Positions 8,015 to 18,077 of a DNA stretch of 46,915 nt are shown piece by piece; the first letter of the stretch is position 1, and each line of letters starts with the position of its first letter. A program made the position numbers and the translations under genes. The notes beneath the pieces were generated by a model. It was not told the DNA's origin. It searched no databases and saw only the letters and a list, made by a program, of their open reading frames with translations. This stretch comes from Candidatus Aerophobota bacterium (GTDB lineage: Bacteria > Aerophobota > Aerophobia > Aerophobales > AE-B3A): positions 1 to 46,915 of the forward strand of contig JAUWXE010000001.1 of the NCBI GenBank assembly GCA_030616535.1, read 5' to 3'.

Positions 8015-10786
8015 TTATATACCTTCCAGTTGTCTCAGCCTTTCTTGGGCATCATTTCGGTATTCTTCCTTAAGAGACTCCACTTGCAGGATCTTCTGGT
8101 AGGTTTTTTTCGCCTCCTCGAACTTGTCCAAAACTTCGTAACAACGTCCCACCTGGAATTGAGCCTTTACTCCCCATTCCTTATACTGGGGATAAGGCCT
8201 GGCATAATCATAGTAAACTCTAAGGTATTCCATTAAGGCGTTATCGAATTTTTTATCCTTAAACCAGCAATCTCCTATTCTAAACTGGGCCTCTACCGCC
8301 AATTGACTTTCTTCAGTAGTTTTGACCACATAAGAATAGTGTTGGCGTGCCCGAGCAAATTTTTCCCTTTGTAAAAGGGAATTGGCAAGTTTTAGGTGAG
8401 CCAGAGGAGCTAAATCATGTTCGGGAAATCGTTCGATAAATTTCTCCAGAGTTTCTCCTTGCTTTTCCCAAATGCCCAGATTCTCCCAGCAGAGGGCACT
8501 TTCATAAAGGGAGTTGAGGATAATCTCTTTCTCTTTGGCCACCTGAAGAGCTTGGCTATAAGAGTCGATGGCCTGTCTAAATTTTCTCTGTTTGAATAAA
8601 GAGTATCCCCATTGGTAAAAAACTTCTCCTCGCAAAGGATCTTGGGGAAATAGCTTAATAAATTGAGAATAATAGGAGGCGGCTTGGGAAAATTCACCTA
8701 ATCTGTAAAAACTCCAACCGCTCCGGTAATAGACCTGGGAAAGATAGGGACTCTCAGGGAAATTATTAATAAGCTTTTCCAGCTCTGAAACGGCCTCCTG
8801 CCACCTTTCTTTTCCTAGAAAATGAATGGCTATCTTCCACTGGGCATAATCAGCTCTCTCAAAATTGGGATAGTCTCTTATCACTTTGCGAAAAACTTCC
8901 AATGACTTATCTACCTGATTCATTCGCTCATAAGATTCACCTATTCTAAGCCAGGCGTCAGGAATAAAGTCGCTGTTTGGATATTTCCCAATCAAGGTTT
9001 CGAAGGTGTTTAAAGCTTCTCCATATTTTTCCTCATTATAATTGCACTCTCCTATAAGATAATAGGCATCTGGATGAAGCTGTTCTTCCTGGAGGTAATT
9101 GAGAATTACTTTTTGGAGCGCTTCTTTGGCTTGTTCCCATTTAGTTTGTTTAAAGTAAGTCCAGCCAATGAACAATTGAGCATCAGGGGCATTTTTGTTC
9201 TCAGAATAAAGGGTTAGAAATCGTTGATACCGTTGTCTTGCCTCATCATACTCACCGAGATTGAAATGAGAGGTGGCGATTTGATAAATTGAGGTGGGAA
9301 CGAGATTTGAAGTTGGGTAATTTTTCTCTATCTTTGAGTAGGTCTGAATAGCTTCTCTAAACTTCTTCAAATTAAAAAGGCTACTTCCCATCATCAGAAG
9401 GGCATTATCGACCCACTTAGACTGAGGGTAATTCTGGATGGTCTTTTCAAATTCAGTTCTGGCAGCCTCAAACCGGTTTTGTTTTAAATAACACCACCCA
9501 CTCTCATACTGAGAACGTGCGGCTAGTGGATCATCAGGATAATCAATGATAACCTTCCGGAGTGCTTCCAGAGCTTTTCCATATTGGGAAAGGTTAAGGA
9601 AAGATTTTCCTAACCAGAAAGTTGCTTCTGGGATGTACTCAAAGTTTGGGAATTTTTGGATTAGCTGACCTAAGTAATTTGCTGCCTCCTCATATTTTCT
9701 CTCATCAAAGTAGGTGTAAGCAATTCCATAAAGAGAATCTGGGAGAAATTCACTTTGCGGATAATCGTTTACTATCGTCAGGTAACTTTCTCTAGCAGAG
9801 GAAAACTTGTTCTGGAAATAGAGACAGTCTCCCAGACGAGTCCAGGATTCGGCAAGATTGGGTGAATCTGGGAAGGCAGCCATGTATTTTTGAAAAGCAT
9901 CGGCCGCCTGGGGACAATTTTTTTCCTTAAAATAAGTCCAAGCAATGCCATAATAGGCCCGTGGTTTCCAGGTTGGCTCGGGCTTTTCTAAAGCTTTCTC
10001 ATAAGCCTTCCTTGCCTCTCTATATTGACCTAGATTATAGAGAGACTCTCCCAGCCAGAAAAAGGCTCCTACTGCAGCAAAGTCATCCCTAGCTTTGCCG
10101 TAATTCCCCTCTTCGAAATAAGCCCATCCCCTTTCCAGATAAGCGTTAGATCGATATTTTGAAGTAGGGTAAGTAGAGATGAAAGTAGAGTATTCATTAA
10201 TAGCCTCAGGATATCTTTGGTTATCATAGAGGATCTTAGCAATGATGTATTGAACTTCGGGAATCTGCTTAAATTCAGGATACTCATTTCGCAGTTTCTT
10301 AAAAGCTCGCAGGCTCCCCTCATCTTCTTTTTGTTCAACATAGGCGAATCCCAGTGAATAAAGGGAGGGGGCCACGAGGTTGCTTTGAGGGTAGTTTTCA
10401 ATTAACCTCTGGTAATAAGGGATAGCCTCTGCATAATTTCCCAGGAGATAATAGCTTTCCCCCACTTGATAAAGGCTATCATCGACCCAGTCGCTTTGGG
10501 GATATTTTTGAATGAGCCTCTCAAAAGCAGAGACGGCTTCCTCATATTTTTCCTGATTCCATAAACACGCTCCCAGTAAGTATTGGGCTCTATCACAATT
10601 TCTATTTTCTGGAAAATTTTCGATGAACTTTTGAAATTGAACAGCCGCTAAACCGAATTTGCCATCTTCATATAGGCCCTGAGCAAATCTAAATTCTTTA
10701 GAGGGCTCTTCTTGCCCCCAGACCTGGGGAAGAAACAAAAAACTGAGCAGAACCAACCCCAATCCTATTATCCATATTTTCTTCAT
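8015..10786 (-). CDS. Large secreted TPR-repeat protein (YbgF/tol-pal-like repeats), 923 aa
   Basis: RBS ggagg; signal peptide MKKIWIIGLGLVLLSFLFLPQVWG. Essentially the whole protein is a degenerate 34-38-aa periodicity (...A...F..FI..YP.S....A.Y.LG..Y...). Confidence 0.85.
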   Translation of the reverse strand: MKKIWIIGLGLVLLSFLFLPQVWGQEEPSKEFRFAQGLYEDGKFGLAAVQFQKFIENFPENRNCDRAQYLLGACLWNQEKYEEAVSAFERLIQKYPQSDWVDDSLYQVGESYYLLGNYAEAIPYYQRLIENYPQSNLVAPSLYSLGFAYVEQKEDEGSLRAFKKLRNEYPEFKQIPEVQYIIAKILYDNQRYPEAINEYSTFISTYPTSKYRSNAYLERGWAYFEEGNYGKARDDFAAVGAFFWLGESLYNLGQYREARKAYEKALEKPEPTWKPRAYYGIAWTYFKEKNCPQAADAFQKYMAAFPDSPNLAESWTRLGDCLYFQNKFSSARESYLTIVNDYPQSEFLPDSLYGIAYTYFDERKYEEAANYLGQLIQKFPNFEYIPEATFWLGKSFLNLSQYGKALEALRKVIIDYPDDPLAARSQYESGWCYLKQNRFEAARTEFEKTIQNYPQSKWVDNALLMMGSSLFNLKKFREAIQTYSKIEKNYPTSNLVPTSIYQIATSHFNLGEYDEARQRYQRFLTLYSENKNAPDAQLFIGWTYFKQTKWEQAKEALQKVILNYLQEEQLHPDAYYLIGECNYNEEKYGEALNTFETLIGKYPNSDFIPDAWLRIGESYERMNQVDKSLEVFRKVIRDYPNFERADYAQWKIAIHFLGKERWQEAVSELEKLINNFPESPYLSQVYYRSGWSFYRLGEFSQAASYYSQFIKLFPQDPLRGEVFYQWGYSLFKQRKFRQAIDSYSQALQVAKEKEIILNSLYESALCWENLGIWEKQGETLEKFIERFPEHDLAPLAHLKLANSLLQREKFARARQHYSYVVKTTEESQLAVEAQFRIGDCWFKDKKFDNALMEYLRVYYDYARPYPQYKEWGVKAQFQVGRCYEVLDKFEEAKKTYQKILQVESLKEEYRNDAQERLRQLEGI

Positions 10787-10819
10787 TTACTATCTACCTC
10801 CATAGAGTTTTGAACACAT

Positions 10820-10828
10820 ATTATACCA
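10820..10828 (-). promoter_or_regulatory. Candidate extended -10 promoter (TGgTATAAT) for the TPR-OMP operon
   Basis: The minus strand reads catggTATAATatg. The TG is one nt upstream of a consensus -10, about 35 nt upstream of the TPR start. Confidence 0.35.
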
Positions 10829-10846
10829 TGCCATTTTTTTGTCAAA

Positions 10847-10875
10847 TTGACAAGGACTGAGTCATCTTGTAAGAT
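10847..10875 (+). promoter_or_regulatory. Candidate sigma70-type promoter for dnaE
   Basis: TTGACA (10847-10852), a 17-nt spacer, then TAAGAT (10870-10875). The -35 is half of the palindrome TTGTCAAaTTGACAA (10839-10853). Confidence 0.35.
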
Positions 10876-10895
10876 AAAGCAAAAGCAGGATAGGT

Positions 10896-13800
10896 ATGAG
10901 TGAATTTATCCACCTTCACACCCACAGCGAGTATAGCCTTCTGGATGGAGCTTCTTCCATCTCTCAGCTAGTTAATCAGGCCTATAAATTCGATATGCCC
11001 GCCTTAGCTTTAACCGATCACGGCAACCTATTTGGAGCGGTAGAGTTCTATCAAATCGCCAGCAAAAGAGGAATAAAGCCTATCCTGGGCTGTGAGATCT
11101 ACTTGGCTCCCCTATCCCGATTCAAAAAAAAGAAAGCAAAAGGGGAGACTATCTCCTATCACTTAACGGTGCTGGCTAAGGATAAAAGCGGCTATCAGAA
11201 TCTCATGGAATTGGTAACAGTTGGCTTTTTGGAAGGTTTTTATTACCATCCTCGCCTCGATAAAGAGATTCTTTCCCATAAGAAAGAAGGATTGGTGGTT
11301 CTTTCCGGCTGTATGAAGGGTGAAATTCCCTCTTTGCTTCAGCAAGGTCGGTTTGATAAGGCAAAAGAGGTTTGCCTTTCCTATCGGGACCTTTATAAGG
11401 ATGATTTCTACCTGGAAATTCAAGACACGGGTGTGGAGGAGCAAAAGGGGGTCAACCAGGGTCTAGTTGAGCTTTCGCGTGAGCTTTCTCTTCCTCTCGT
11501 TGCTACCAATGATGTGCATTATCTTTACCGAGAAGATACCGGGACCCAGGATGTCCTCCTTTGCATTCAAACCGGTAAAACTCTAAAGGACACTGATCGC
11601 ATGAAGTTTCCTTCTTCGGAGTTTTACTTTCGTTCTCCTGAGGAGATGGGGAAAGTTTTCTCTGGTCTTCCCGAGGCCATATCCAATACTAGGGCCATCT
11701 CTGAAAAGTGTAGTCTCAAGCTGGATTTAGGGAAAATACATCTTCCTCGCTATCAAATCCCTTCCGGCTATGATTTAAATGGGTATTTGAAAAAACTCTG
11801 TCAGGAAGGAATATCTAATCGTTACCCTACTTCTTCCTCCACTGTGCTCAAAAGATTAGAAGCAGAGCTTAACATAATTGGCCAAATGGGATACGCCGCC
11901 TACTTTCTCATCGTCTGGGATTTTATTCGCTATGCGAAGGAGAAGAAAATCTTGGTAGGTCCGGGCAGAGGGTCGGCAACCGGAAGTCTGGTTGCCTATC
12001 TTCTGGGAATAACCAATATTGATCCTCTTGCTTATGGACTTTTCTTTGAACGGTTCTTGAATCCGGAAAGAACCGCCATGCCTGATATTGACATAGATAT
12101 CCAGGATGAGAGAAGGGGTGAGGTCATTGATTATGTGAGGAGAAAATATGGAAAGGAAAATGTAGCTCAGATTATCACCTTTGGGACTATGGCAGCTAGG
12201 GCAGCAGTAAGAGATGTGGGAAGAGTATTAGGCATTCCCTATGGCAAGGTAGATCGGATTGCTAAACTTATTCCCTTCAACAAGCCGCTAAAAATAGCCA
12301 TAGAGGAGAGTACAGAAGTAAAGGAGCTTATTAGAGAAGATTCAGATGTAAAGAATCTTTTCGAGATCGCCCAGGGTATCGAAGGTTTAACGCGTCATGC
12401 TTCCACCCATGCTGCCGGAGTAGTAATAGCACCGGGCAGGCTTACCCACTACACTCCTTTATATCGAACCCCCAAGAATGAGACAACTACCCAGTATGAG
12501 ATGCATTCTCTGGAAGCCATTGGCCTACTTAAGATGGACTTTCTTGGTCTCAAGACCTTAAATGTGATTCAGGATACTCTCGAGATAATCAGGCAGCAGA
12601 AAGGAGAAGAGATAGATCTAGATCGAATTTATCTTGAGGATGAGAAAACCTACCGGCTCCTTTCAGCAGGAGAAACACTAGGGGTCTTTCAGTTAGAAAG
12701 TAGAGGAATGCAAGATCTACTCAAGAAACTCTGTCCGGAAAAATTTGAGGACCTCATTGCTGTTCTCGCCTTATATAGACCGGGACCCCTGCATAGCCGA
12801 ATGGTGGATGATTTTATCAAGAGAAAGCGTGGTCAAAGCAAGGTTCGGTACCTCCATCCTAAACTCAAGCCAATTCTAGAGGAGACTTACGGCGTCATTC
12901 TTTACCAGGAGCAGGTAATGAGAATCGCCAATGTACTGGCTGATTTTACTTTGGGGGAGGCCGACATTCTAAGAAGGGCTATGGGCAAAAAGATTCCTAA
13001 ATTAATGGATGAACAGAGGGATAAGTTCGTGCAAGGAGCACGAGAAAAGGGGCTTGATTCGGCAGTGGCTAGCAAAATCTTTGAACTAATGGCTCATTTT
13101 GCCGGGTATGGGTTTAATAAGTCTCATTCTACCGGTTATGCTCTTATCTCTTATCAGACGGCCTATCTTAAAGCTAACTATCCTCTTGAATTTATGGCTG
13201 CTTTGCTTACCTCGGAGAGGGAAAATACTGATAAACTCGTCCCCTATATTAATGAATGTAGGAGAATGGGAATAGAGGTGCTTCCGCCGGACATAAATCA
13301 ATCGTCGGCCAAATTTATGGTAACCGGGGACAAGATACATTTTGGGCTTACTGCGGTAAAAAATGTTGGAGAGACAGCTATTTCATCCATTGTTAAAGTA
13401 AGGCAGAAAGAGGATAAATTCAGTTCCATTTTTGACTTTTGCCAGAGAGTGGATCTTAGGACGGTGAATAAACGGGTAATAGAGAGTTTGGTCAAGTGTG
13501 GAGCTTTTGATTCTCTGGTAGGTTACCGGTCCCAGAACCTGGCCGTGATAGATGAAGCAACTGAGGAGGCCTCACAGATCCAGCAGGATAGGGAAAAGGG
13601 GCAGCTGTCATTCTTTGGGGCGCTGGAGAAAAGAGGAGAGTCATTGGCTAAGGAGAGATTTCCCCAGATAGAGGAGGCTCTCAAGGCAAGGAGATTGGCC
13701 TGGGAAAAAGAACTTCTGGGTATCTATGTAACTGGGCATCCCCTGGAGAAATATCAAAAAAAAATCACTCATTACCTGGCCAACTCCATTGATGATTTAC

Positions 13801-14342
13801 CCGAGATGAGAGATGGAGAGAAGATAAGGATTATGGGGGTTATAACTACCATTATCCAGAAGAAGGACAGAAAAGGCAAGAGAATGGTTTTCTTTACCTT
13901 GGAGGATTTAGAATCTGAGATAGAGGTAGTTGTGTTTTCCAGTCTCTATGAAGAATACGCCTCTAACATTAAAGAGGAAAGCCTTGTTCTGGTTAAGGGT
14001 AAACTAGATACCGCCAGTACCCCCCCCAAGGTAATCGCCCAGGAGGTATTTCCCTTCTCCAGGATTAAGGATGTTACCCATAATCTCCATATTAACCTCA
14101 AGGAAGATAGATTGGAGAAAGAAAATCTGGTTAGATTAAAGGAGATTCTTAGCTCTCATGGGGGAAAACATAACATTTACCTCCATTTCAGCAATAGAGG
14201 TGGGGGGGAAGCAATCATCAGGTCAAAATCGATAAAGGTAGGTTTCACCGACTCCCTAATCTCCGAGGTAGAAGATCTTTTAGGACCGAAATCGCTTTGG
14301 CTAAATGATAAAGAAAATGGGGACGTGATTATTTTTGATTAA
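10896..14342 (+). CDS. dnaE: DNA polymerase III alpha subunit
   Basis: PHP-domain start HLHTHSEYSLLDGAS, followed by core motifs GPGRGSATGSLVAYLLGIT, MPDIDIDI and GLLKMDFLGLKTL, with an OB-fold C-terminus. 1148 aa. Confidence 0.97.
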   Translation: MSEFIHLHTHSEYSLLDGASSISQLVNQAYKFDMPALALTDHGNLFGAVEFYQIASKRGIKPILGCEIYLAPLSRFKKKKAKGETISYHLTVLAKDKSGYQNLMELVTVGFLEGFYYHPRLDKEILSHKKEGLVVLSGCMKGEIPSLLQQGRFDKAKEVCLSYRDLYKDDFYLEIQDTGVEEQKGVNQGLVELSRELSLPLVATNDVHYLYREDTGTQDVLLCIQTGKTLKDTDRMKFPSSEFYFRSPEEMGKVFSGLPEAISNTRAISEKCSLKLDLGKIHLPRYQIPSGYDLNGYLKKLCQEGISNRYPTSSSTVLKRLEAELNIIGQMGYAAYFLIVWDFIRYAKEKKILVGPGRGSATGSLVAYLLGITNIDPLAYGLFFERFLNPERTAMPDIDIDIQDERRGEVIDYVRRKYGKENVAQIITFGTMAARAAVRDVGRVLGIPYGKVDRIAKLIPFNKPLKIAIEESTEVKELIREDSDVKNLFEIAQGIEGLTRHASTHAAGVVIAPGRLTHYTPLYRTPKNETTTQYEMHSLEAIGLLKMDFLGLKTLNVIQDTLEIIRQQKGEEIDLDRIYLEDEKTYRLLSAGETLGVFQLESRGMQDLLKKLCPEKFEDLIAVLALYRPGPLHSRMVDDFIKRKRGQSKVRYLHPKLKPILEETYGVILYQEQVMRIANVLADFTLGEADILRRAMGKKIPKLMDEQRDKFVQGAREKGLDSAVASKIFELMAHFAGYGFNKSHSTGYALISYQTAYLKANYPLEFMAALLTSERENTDKLVPYINECRRMGIEVLPPDINQSSAKFMVTGDKIHFGLTAVKNVGETAISSIVKVRQKEDKFSSIFDFCQRVDLRTVNKRVIESLVKCGAFDSLVGYRSQNLAVIDEATEEASQIQQDREKGQLSFFGALEKRGESLAKERFPQIEEALKARRLAWEKELLGIYVTGHPLEKYQKKITHYLANSIDDLPEMRDGEKIRIMGVITTIIQKKDRKGKRMVFFTLEDLESEIEVVVFSSLYEEYASNIKEESLVLVKGKLDTASTPPKVIAQEVFPFSRIKDVTHNLHINLKEDRLEKENLVRLKEILSSHGGKHNIYLHFSNRGGGEAIIRSKSIKVGFTDSLISEVEDLLGPKSLWLNDKENGDVIIFD

Positions 14343-14352
14343 GGAACTGAAT

Positions 14353-15054
14353 ATGAAAAGCTCAGATCGTTATCGGGTGAAGTTAAAAGAGCTCCCGGCC
14401 CATCAAAGACCCAGGGAAAAGCTGATAAAATACGGTCCCGATGTCCTGAAGACCCCAGAACTTATGGCTATCATCTTAAACACAGGATATAGAGGAGAGA
14501 CTGTACTGGAACTGTCCCATCGTATAATCAAGGAATACGGCTCTAAAGCGATAATCCAGGAAAAGAATGTGGCCCGTCTAATGGAAACTTTAGGTATTCC
14601 TTCTGTTAAAGCCTGCCAGATAGTTGCCTGTTTTGAGCTAGGCAGAAGGTTCTTTCAGGAGGAGCCAGGCAAGATGCCCACCCTCAGGAACCCTGAGGAT
14701 GTCTATCGGTACCTGGAAGATATGAGAAAACTAAAAAAGGAACAATTCCGTGGATTATATCTTAATACGAGAAATAAAATTATCCATGATGAGATTATCT
14801 CCATTGGCACCCTCACTGCTAATTTAGTCCATCCCCGGGAGGTATTCCAGCCAGCCATAGAGTATCTAGCCGCCGGATTAATCATCGCTCACAATCATCC
14901 TTCTGGCGATCCTAATCCCAGCGATGAGGATCTAAAGGTAACCAGGCAGATGCAAGAGGTGGGAAAAACCATGGCTATTGATCTCCTCGACCACATCATC
15001 ATTGGTGATGACAAGTATGTTAGCCTGAGAGACCGAGGTCTGATGCGGGCTTAA
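14353..15054 (+). CDS. radC: RadC-family JAB/MPN domain protein
   Basis: KELPAHQRPREKL...ELMAIILNTG N-terminus and JAMM motif HNHPSGDPNPSDED. ATG 14353 is preferred over the tracked TTG 14335, which overlaps the dnaE stop. Confidence 0.9.
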   Translation: MKSSDRYRVKLKELPAHQRPREKLIKYGPDVLKTPELMAIILNTGYRGETVLELSHRIIKEYGSKAIIQEKNVARLMETLGIPSVKACQIVACFELGRRFFQEEPGKMPTLRNPEDVYRYLEDMRKLKKEQFRGLYLNTRNKIIHDEIISIGTLTANLVHPREVFQPAIEYLAAGLIIAHNHPSGDPNPSDEDLKVTRQMQEVGKTMAIDLLDHIIIGDDKYVSLRDRGLMRA

Positions 15055-15102
15055 TGATGATTTTAGTCTATCTCCTCGGTAGTTGCTGAATGCTTACAGG
15101 AA

Positions 15103-15387
15103 ATGGGAGTTAAGAAACTAAGGGCTCATGTCTTGATTAAGGGTAGGGTACAGGGAGTATTTTTCCGAGCCGAGATCCGTAGCCAGGCCTATGGCTTGGG
15201 GCTTACTGGCTGGGTTAGAAATAGATGGGATGGAAATGTGGAGGCATTTTTTGAGGGAGAAGATCAGAAGGTGCGAAAGATGATTGCCTGGTGCCACAAA
15301 GGACCGCCGGCTGCTGTGGTGGAGGACGTTGAGGTCAAGTGGGAGGAGTATAAAGGAGAATTTACCAGTTTTTCTGTTCGCTATTAA
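15103..15387 (+). CDS. acyP: Acylphosphatase
   Basis: 94 aa; VKGRVQGVFFRAEIRSQAYGLGLTGWVRNRWDGNVEAFFEG is the canonical acylphosphatase signature. Confidence 0.9.
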   Translation: MGVKKLRAHVLIKGRVQGVFFRAEIRSQAYGLGLTGWVRNRWDGNVEAFFEGEDQKVRKMIAWCHKGPPAAVVEDVEVKWEEYKGEFTSFSVRY

Positions 15388-15456
15388 AAATCAGTGGTAA
15401 CTATTTAGCCTTATCATATTTCACCGCAGAGCACGCTAAGAGTAAGAGAGTTTTGA

Positions 15457-16281
15457 TTAATTTTTTCTTTTTGATTCATCTCCACGCACTCTACGGTGAA
15501 TAGTTACCAGAGAAGGTAGATCAGAGAGGGATTGGATTACATAATCGGGTTTAAGAGAAGAAGGAGCCTTCTGTAGCATCTTTTCTAAGGTAATTCCTGA
15601 TAGGACCAGGACAGTAACAACCTTTAGTCTTTTGCCCGCTAAGATGTCCGTCTCCAGCCGGTCGCCCACCAAAATGGTATCCGCCGCGGTATATCCTTTG
15701 CATTTCATTACGGTCTTGAGTCCGAAGAGACGGGGTTTGCCCAAAAGTAAAGCCCTCTTGTGAGTGGAAACCTCGAGAGCTTTAACTATCGCTCCAACAG
15801 CAGGAATAGTCCCCTCTTCTGTAGGGTAAGTTACGTCCTTATTGGTAGCTACAAATTTAGCTCCGTTTAAGATAGCTTCATAGGCGAGCTTGAGTTTTTC
15901 AAAGTTAAATTTCCTGTCCATTCCAACTACTACATAATCGGCATCCTTTGCTTTTGAAGTAAGCTTAATTCCCGCCTGGTTCAGTTCCTCGAAAAGTCCT
16001 TCCTCTCCAAAAACCAGCACCTTACTGTTTTTTCTTTTAGTTTTATGGCCAAGATAAATAGCAGTTAGATAGGAGGATGGAAAAAGATCTTCCAGACTTA
16101 CCTCAATCCCCATTTGGGTAAGTTTTTTTTGAAAACCGGATCTACTCAGGGTGGAGTTATTGGTGAGAAAAGAGACTCGGTCTTTCCTTTTTCTGAGTTT
16201 GGATAGGGTCTCTTTTACCCCGGGAAGAAGCCTTTCCCCCCGGTAGATCACTCCATCTAAATCAAAGATATAAAGACTCAC
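15457..16281 (-). CDS. HAD-IIA family hydrolase (NagD-like sugar/nucleotide phosphatase)
   Basis: DLDGVIY nucleophile motif at the N-terminus, FLTNNS, and GDRLETDI near the C-terminus. It overlaps the upstream gene by 4 nt. Confidence 0.85.
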   Translation of the reverse strand: MSLYIFDLDGVIYRGERLLPGVKETLSKLRKRKDRVSFLTNNSTLSRSGFQKKLTQMGIEVSLEDLFPSSYLTAIYLGHKTKRKNSKVLVFGEEGLFEELNQAGIKLTSKAKDADYVVVGMDRKFNFEKLKLAYEAILNGAKFVATNKDVTYPTEEGTIPAVGAIVKALEVSTHKRALLLGKPRLFGLKTVMKCKGYTAADTILVGDRLETDILAGKRLKVVTVLVLSGITLEKMLQKAPSSLKPDYVIQSLSDLPSLVTIHRRVRGDESKRKN

Positions 16282-17255
16282 TGACCACCTCCGATTCTGA
16301 GTGCCTCCAATTCCTCATCTTCTGCACGGTTTACTTCAACGTATTTTTCCCCTGTATGAGGGAATTGATAATACTTCACTTTTACCCTGGTTTGGGGAGC
16401 ATCACTGTAACGACTGACTGCGGCAGCGGCCTTGAGGATAAGGTGTGGTTCTCCCCTTAAAAGTCCCACCGGCCCTGGGAAATCGACTACCTCAAGAAAA
16501 AAGTCGCCGGGGGTAGCCAGCTCGAGAATTTTTCTGTTTTCTTCTTTATTTCTGGCCACAATGAGCTTGGTGGTATTCTCCAGGCGAAAGTGTCTTCCCA
16601 TTTTAAGAAGTTCGATCTCATTGAGATTGAGCTTTCCCCGGGCTAATAAATCCTTAACCCGTTTGGAGAAGACCGGATCGGTAAGCAGGCATCCTCCGGC
16701 CGGGGTGGGAAAGTCCGAGATCCCAAAAGATTCAGCCATTCTTAATTGAATCTCTCTACTCCGCCCTTTGATTCCAAGAAGCTTATCTCTTTTCACCCAT
16801 CCCTTTTTTTCCGGAAAGGTGGGAGGTAAGTTTTTAGAGGTTAGGGGGCGGAGAAGATAATCTCCCCAGCCCGACTCCTCATTTATTACATTAAGAGCCC
16901 ATCTGCTCTGTGATTTCGGTCTTTCCCCCAAGACTTCCCCACTCACCAGAAATTGTGCTCCTATTTTTCGCATTAAGCGTGCTGCCTTCTTGACCATAAG
17001 AATATGGCAGTCAACGCAGGGATTAGCTCCCTTTCCAAAGCCATGGGGAGGTGAAAGGAGAAGGGAAAGAAGATCTTCTCCTATATCTACGGTATGGAGG
17101 AGTATCTTCAGATTTTCGGCCGCTCTGATTGCCTTTTTTCTATCAAAAAAGGGAGAGACAAAGCACACTCCCTCCATTTCAATTCCCTGTAGCTGTAAAA
17201 GCTTTGTGGCCAGAATACTATCCAGGCCTCCTGAAAGTAGACTTAGGGCCTTCAA
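16278..17255 (-). CDS. PP-loop ATP pyrophosphatase family protein (ThiI/MnmA-like, probable tRNA sulfurtransferase-type)
   Basis: SGGLDS PP-loop at residues 8-13, conserved NPCVDCH Cys pair, and GEVLGERPKSQ. There is no THUMP domain. 325 aa. Confidence 0.7.
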   Translation of the reverse strand: MKALSLLSGGLDSILATKLLQLQGIEMEGVCFVSPFFDRKKAIRAAENLKILLHTVDIGEDLLSLLLSPPHGFGKGANPCVDCHILMVKKAARLMRKIGAQFLVSGEVLGERPKSQSRWALNVINEESGWGDYLLRPLTSKNLPPTFPEKKGWVKRDKLLGIKGRSREIQLRMAESFGISDFPTPAGGCLLTDPVFSKRVKDLLARGKLNLNEIELLKMGRHFRLENTTKLIVARNKEENRKILELATPGDFFLEVVDFPGPVGLLRGEPHLILKAAAAVSRYSDAPQTRVKVKYYQFPHTGEKYVEVNRAEDEELEALRIGGGQ

Positions 17256-18055
17256 CTTATATTTTTTAGCTCCTCCTTAGTTAATGGTTTTCTTATTCCT
17301 TCCTCAGTCTCTACTACCACGGTTCCTTTTAGTATATCTTGGGCTATCACCTTCACCTTTTCCCCTTGGCAGCGGACAATTTCTCCTACCCGGGGCAGTC
17401 CTTTCTTTAAAACAGCGTAGGTAGGATATTCGAAATTCAGGCAGCAGCGAAGCCTTCCACATATTCCCGATATTTTGGAGGAGGTCAAAGGAAGGTTCTG
17501 TAGGCGTGCAGCCTCCAGGCTTACCGAATTGAGCTTTTCTTTATGTTTACCTAAAAATAAGGCACAACAAACAGGCCTACCACAAATCCCACAACCTCCA
17601 AAGAGCTGGGGCTCATCTCTTACTCCAATCTGCTGCATCTGTATCCTCACTTTAAAAATAGCAGCCAAATCCTTGACCAAGGCCCGAAAATCTACTCGCT
17701 CTTTGGCTATGTAGTAAAAGGTAATTCGGCTGATCTCTAAAGGGTACTTAGTGGCTATTAGTTTCATAGAGAGCTTGTGAGAAGAGATCTTCTCTAAAGC
17801 TATTCGGTACGATTTTTTCTCAATCTGGTGCCGACGTTCAAATTCTGCTCTGTCTTCCGGGGTCGCTTTTTTTATTTTTTCTCCGCCTAGAAAAGAAGCT
17901 TTTCCGCTACTTGGACAGATAAATTTTACCCTCCCCATTCCCATTCCTTCTCTCAGCGAGTAAAGACACCAATCTCCTTTCTCCAGATTCGTCTTTTTGG
18001 AGATTATGTATACCATTCCACCTGTAGGATAAATTTCTATCCCTACCAGAGCCAT
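17252..18055 (-). CDS. PSP1 domain protein (RicT/YaaT-like)
   Basis: YYIAKERVDFRALVKDLAAIFKVRIQMQQIGVRDEPQLFGGCGICGRPVCC plus a second Cys cluster CGRLRCCLNFE match the PSP1 C-terminal domain. Confidence 0.85.
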   Translation of the reverse strand: MALVGIEIYPTGGMVYIISKKTNLEKGDWCLYSLREGMGMGRVKFICPSSGKASFLGGEKIKKATPEDRAEFERRHQIEKKSYRIALEKISSHKLSMKLIATKYPLEISRITFYYIAKERVDFRALVKDLAAIFKVRIQMQQIGVRDEPQLFGGCGICGRPVCCALFLGKHKEKLNSVSLEAARLQNLPLTSSKISGICGRLRCCLNFEYPTYAVLKKGLPRVGEIVRCQGEKVKVIAQDILKGTVVVETEEGIRKPLTKEELKNIS

Positions 18056-18077
18056 TTTATGGTTCCTTTGACTATAA

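Noticed and set aside
8410-10596. Tracked ORFs inside the TPR gene: 8410..8697(-), 8417..8599(+), 10069..10401(-) and 10402..10596(-).
   Set aside because: They are alternative or antisense frames fully contained in a 923-aa gene that has a continuous TPR periodicity, a signal peptide and an RBS.
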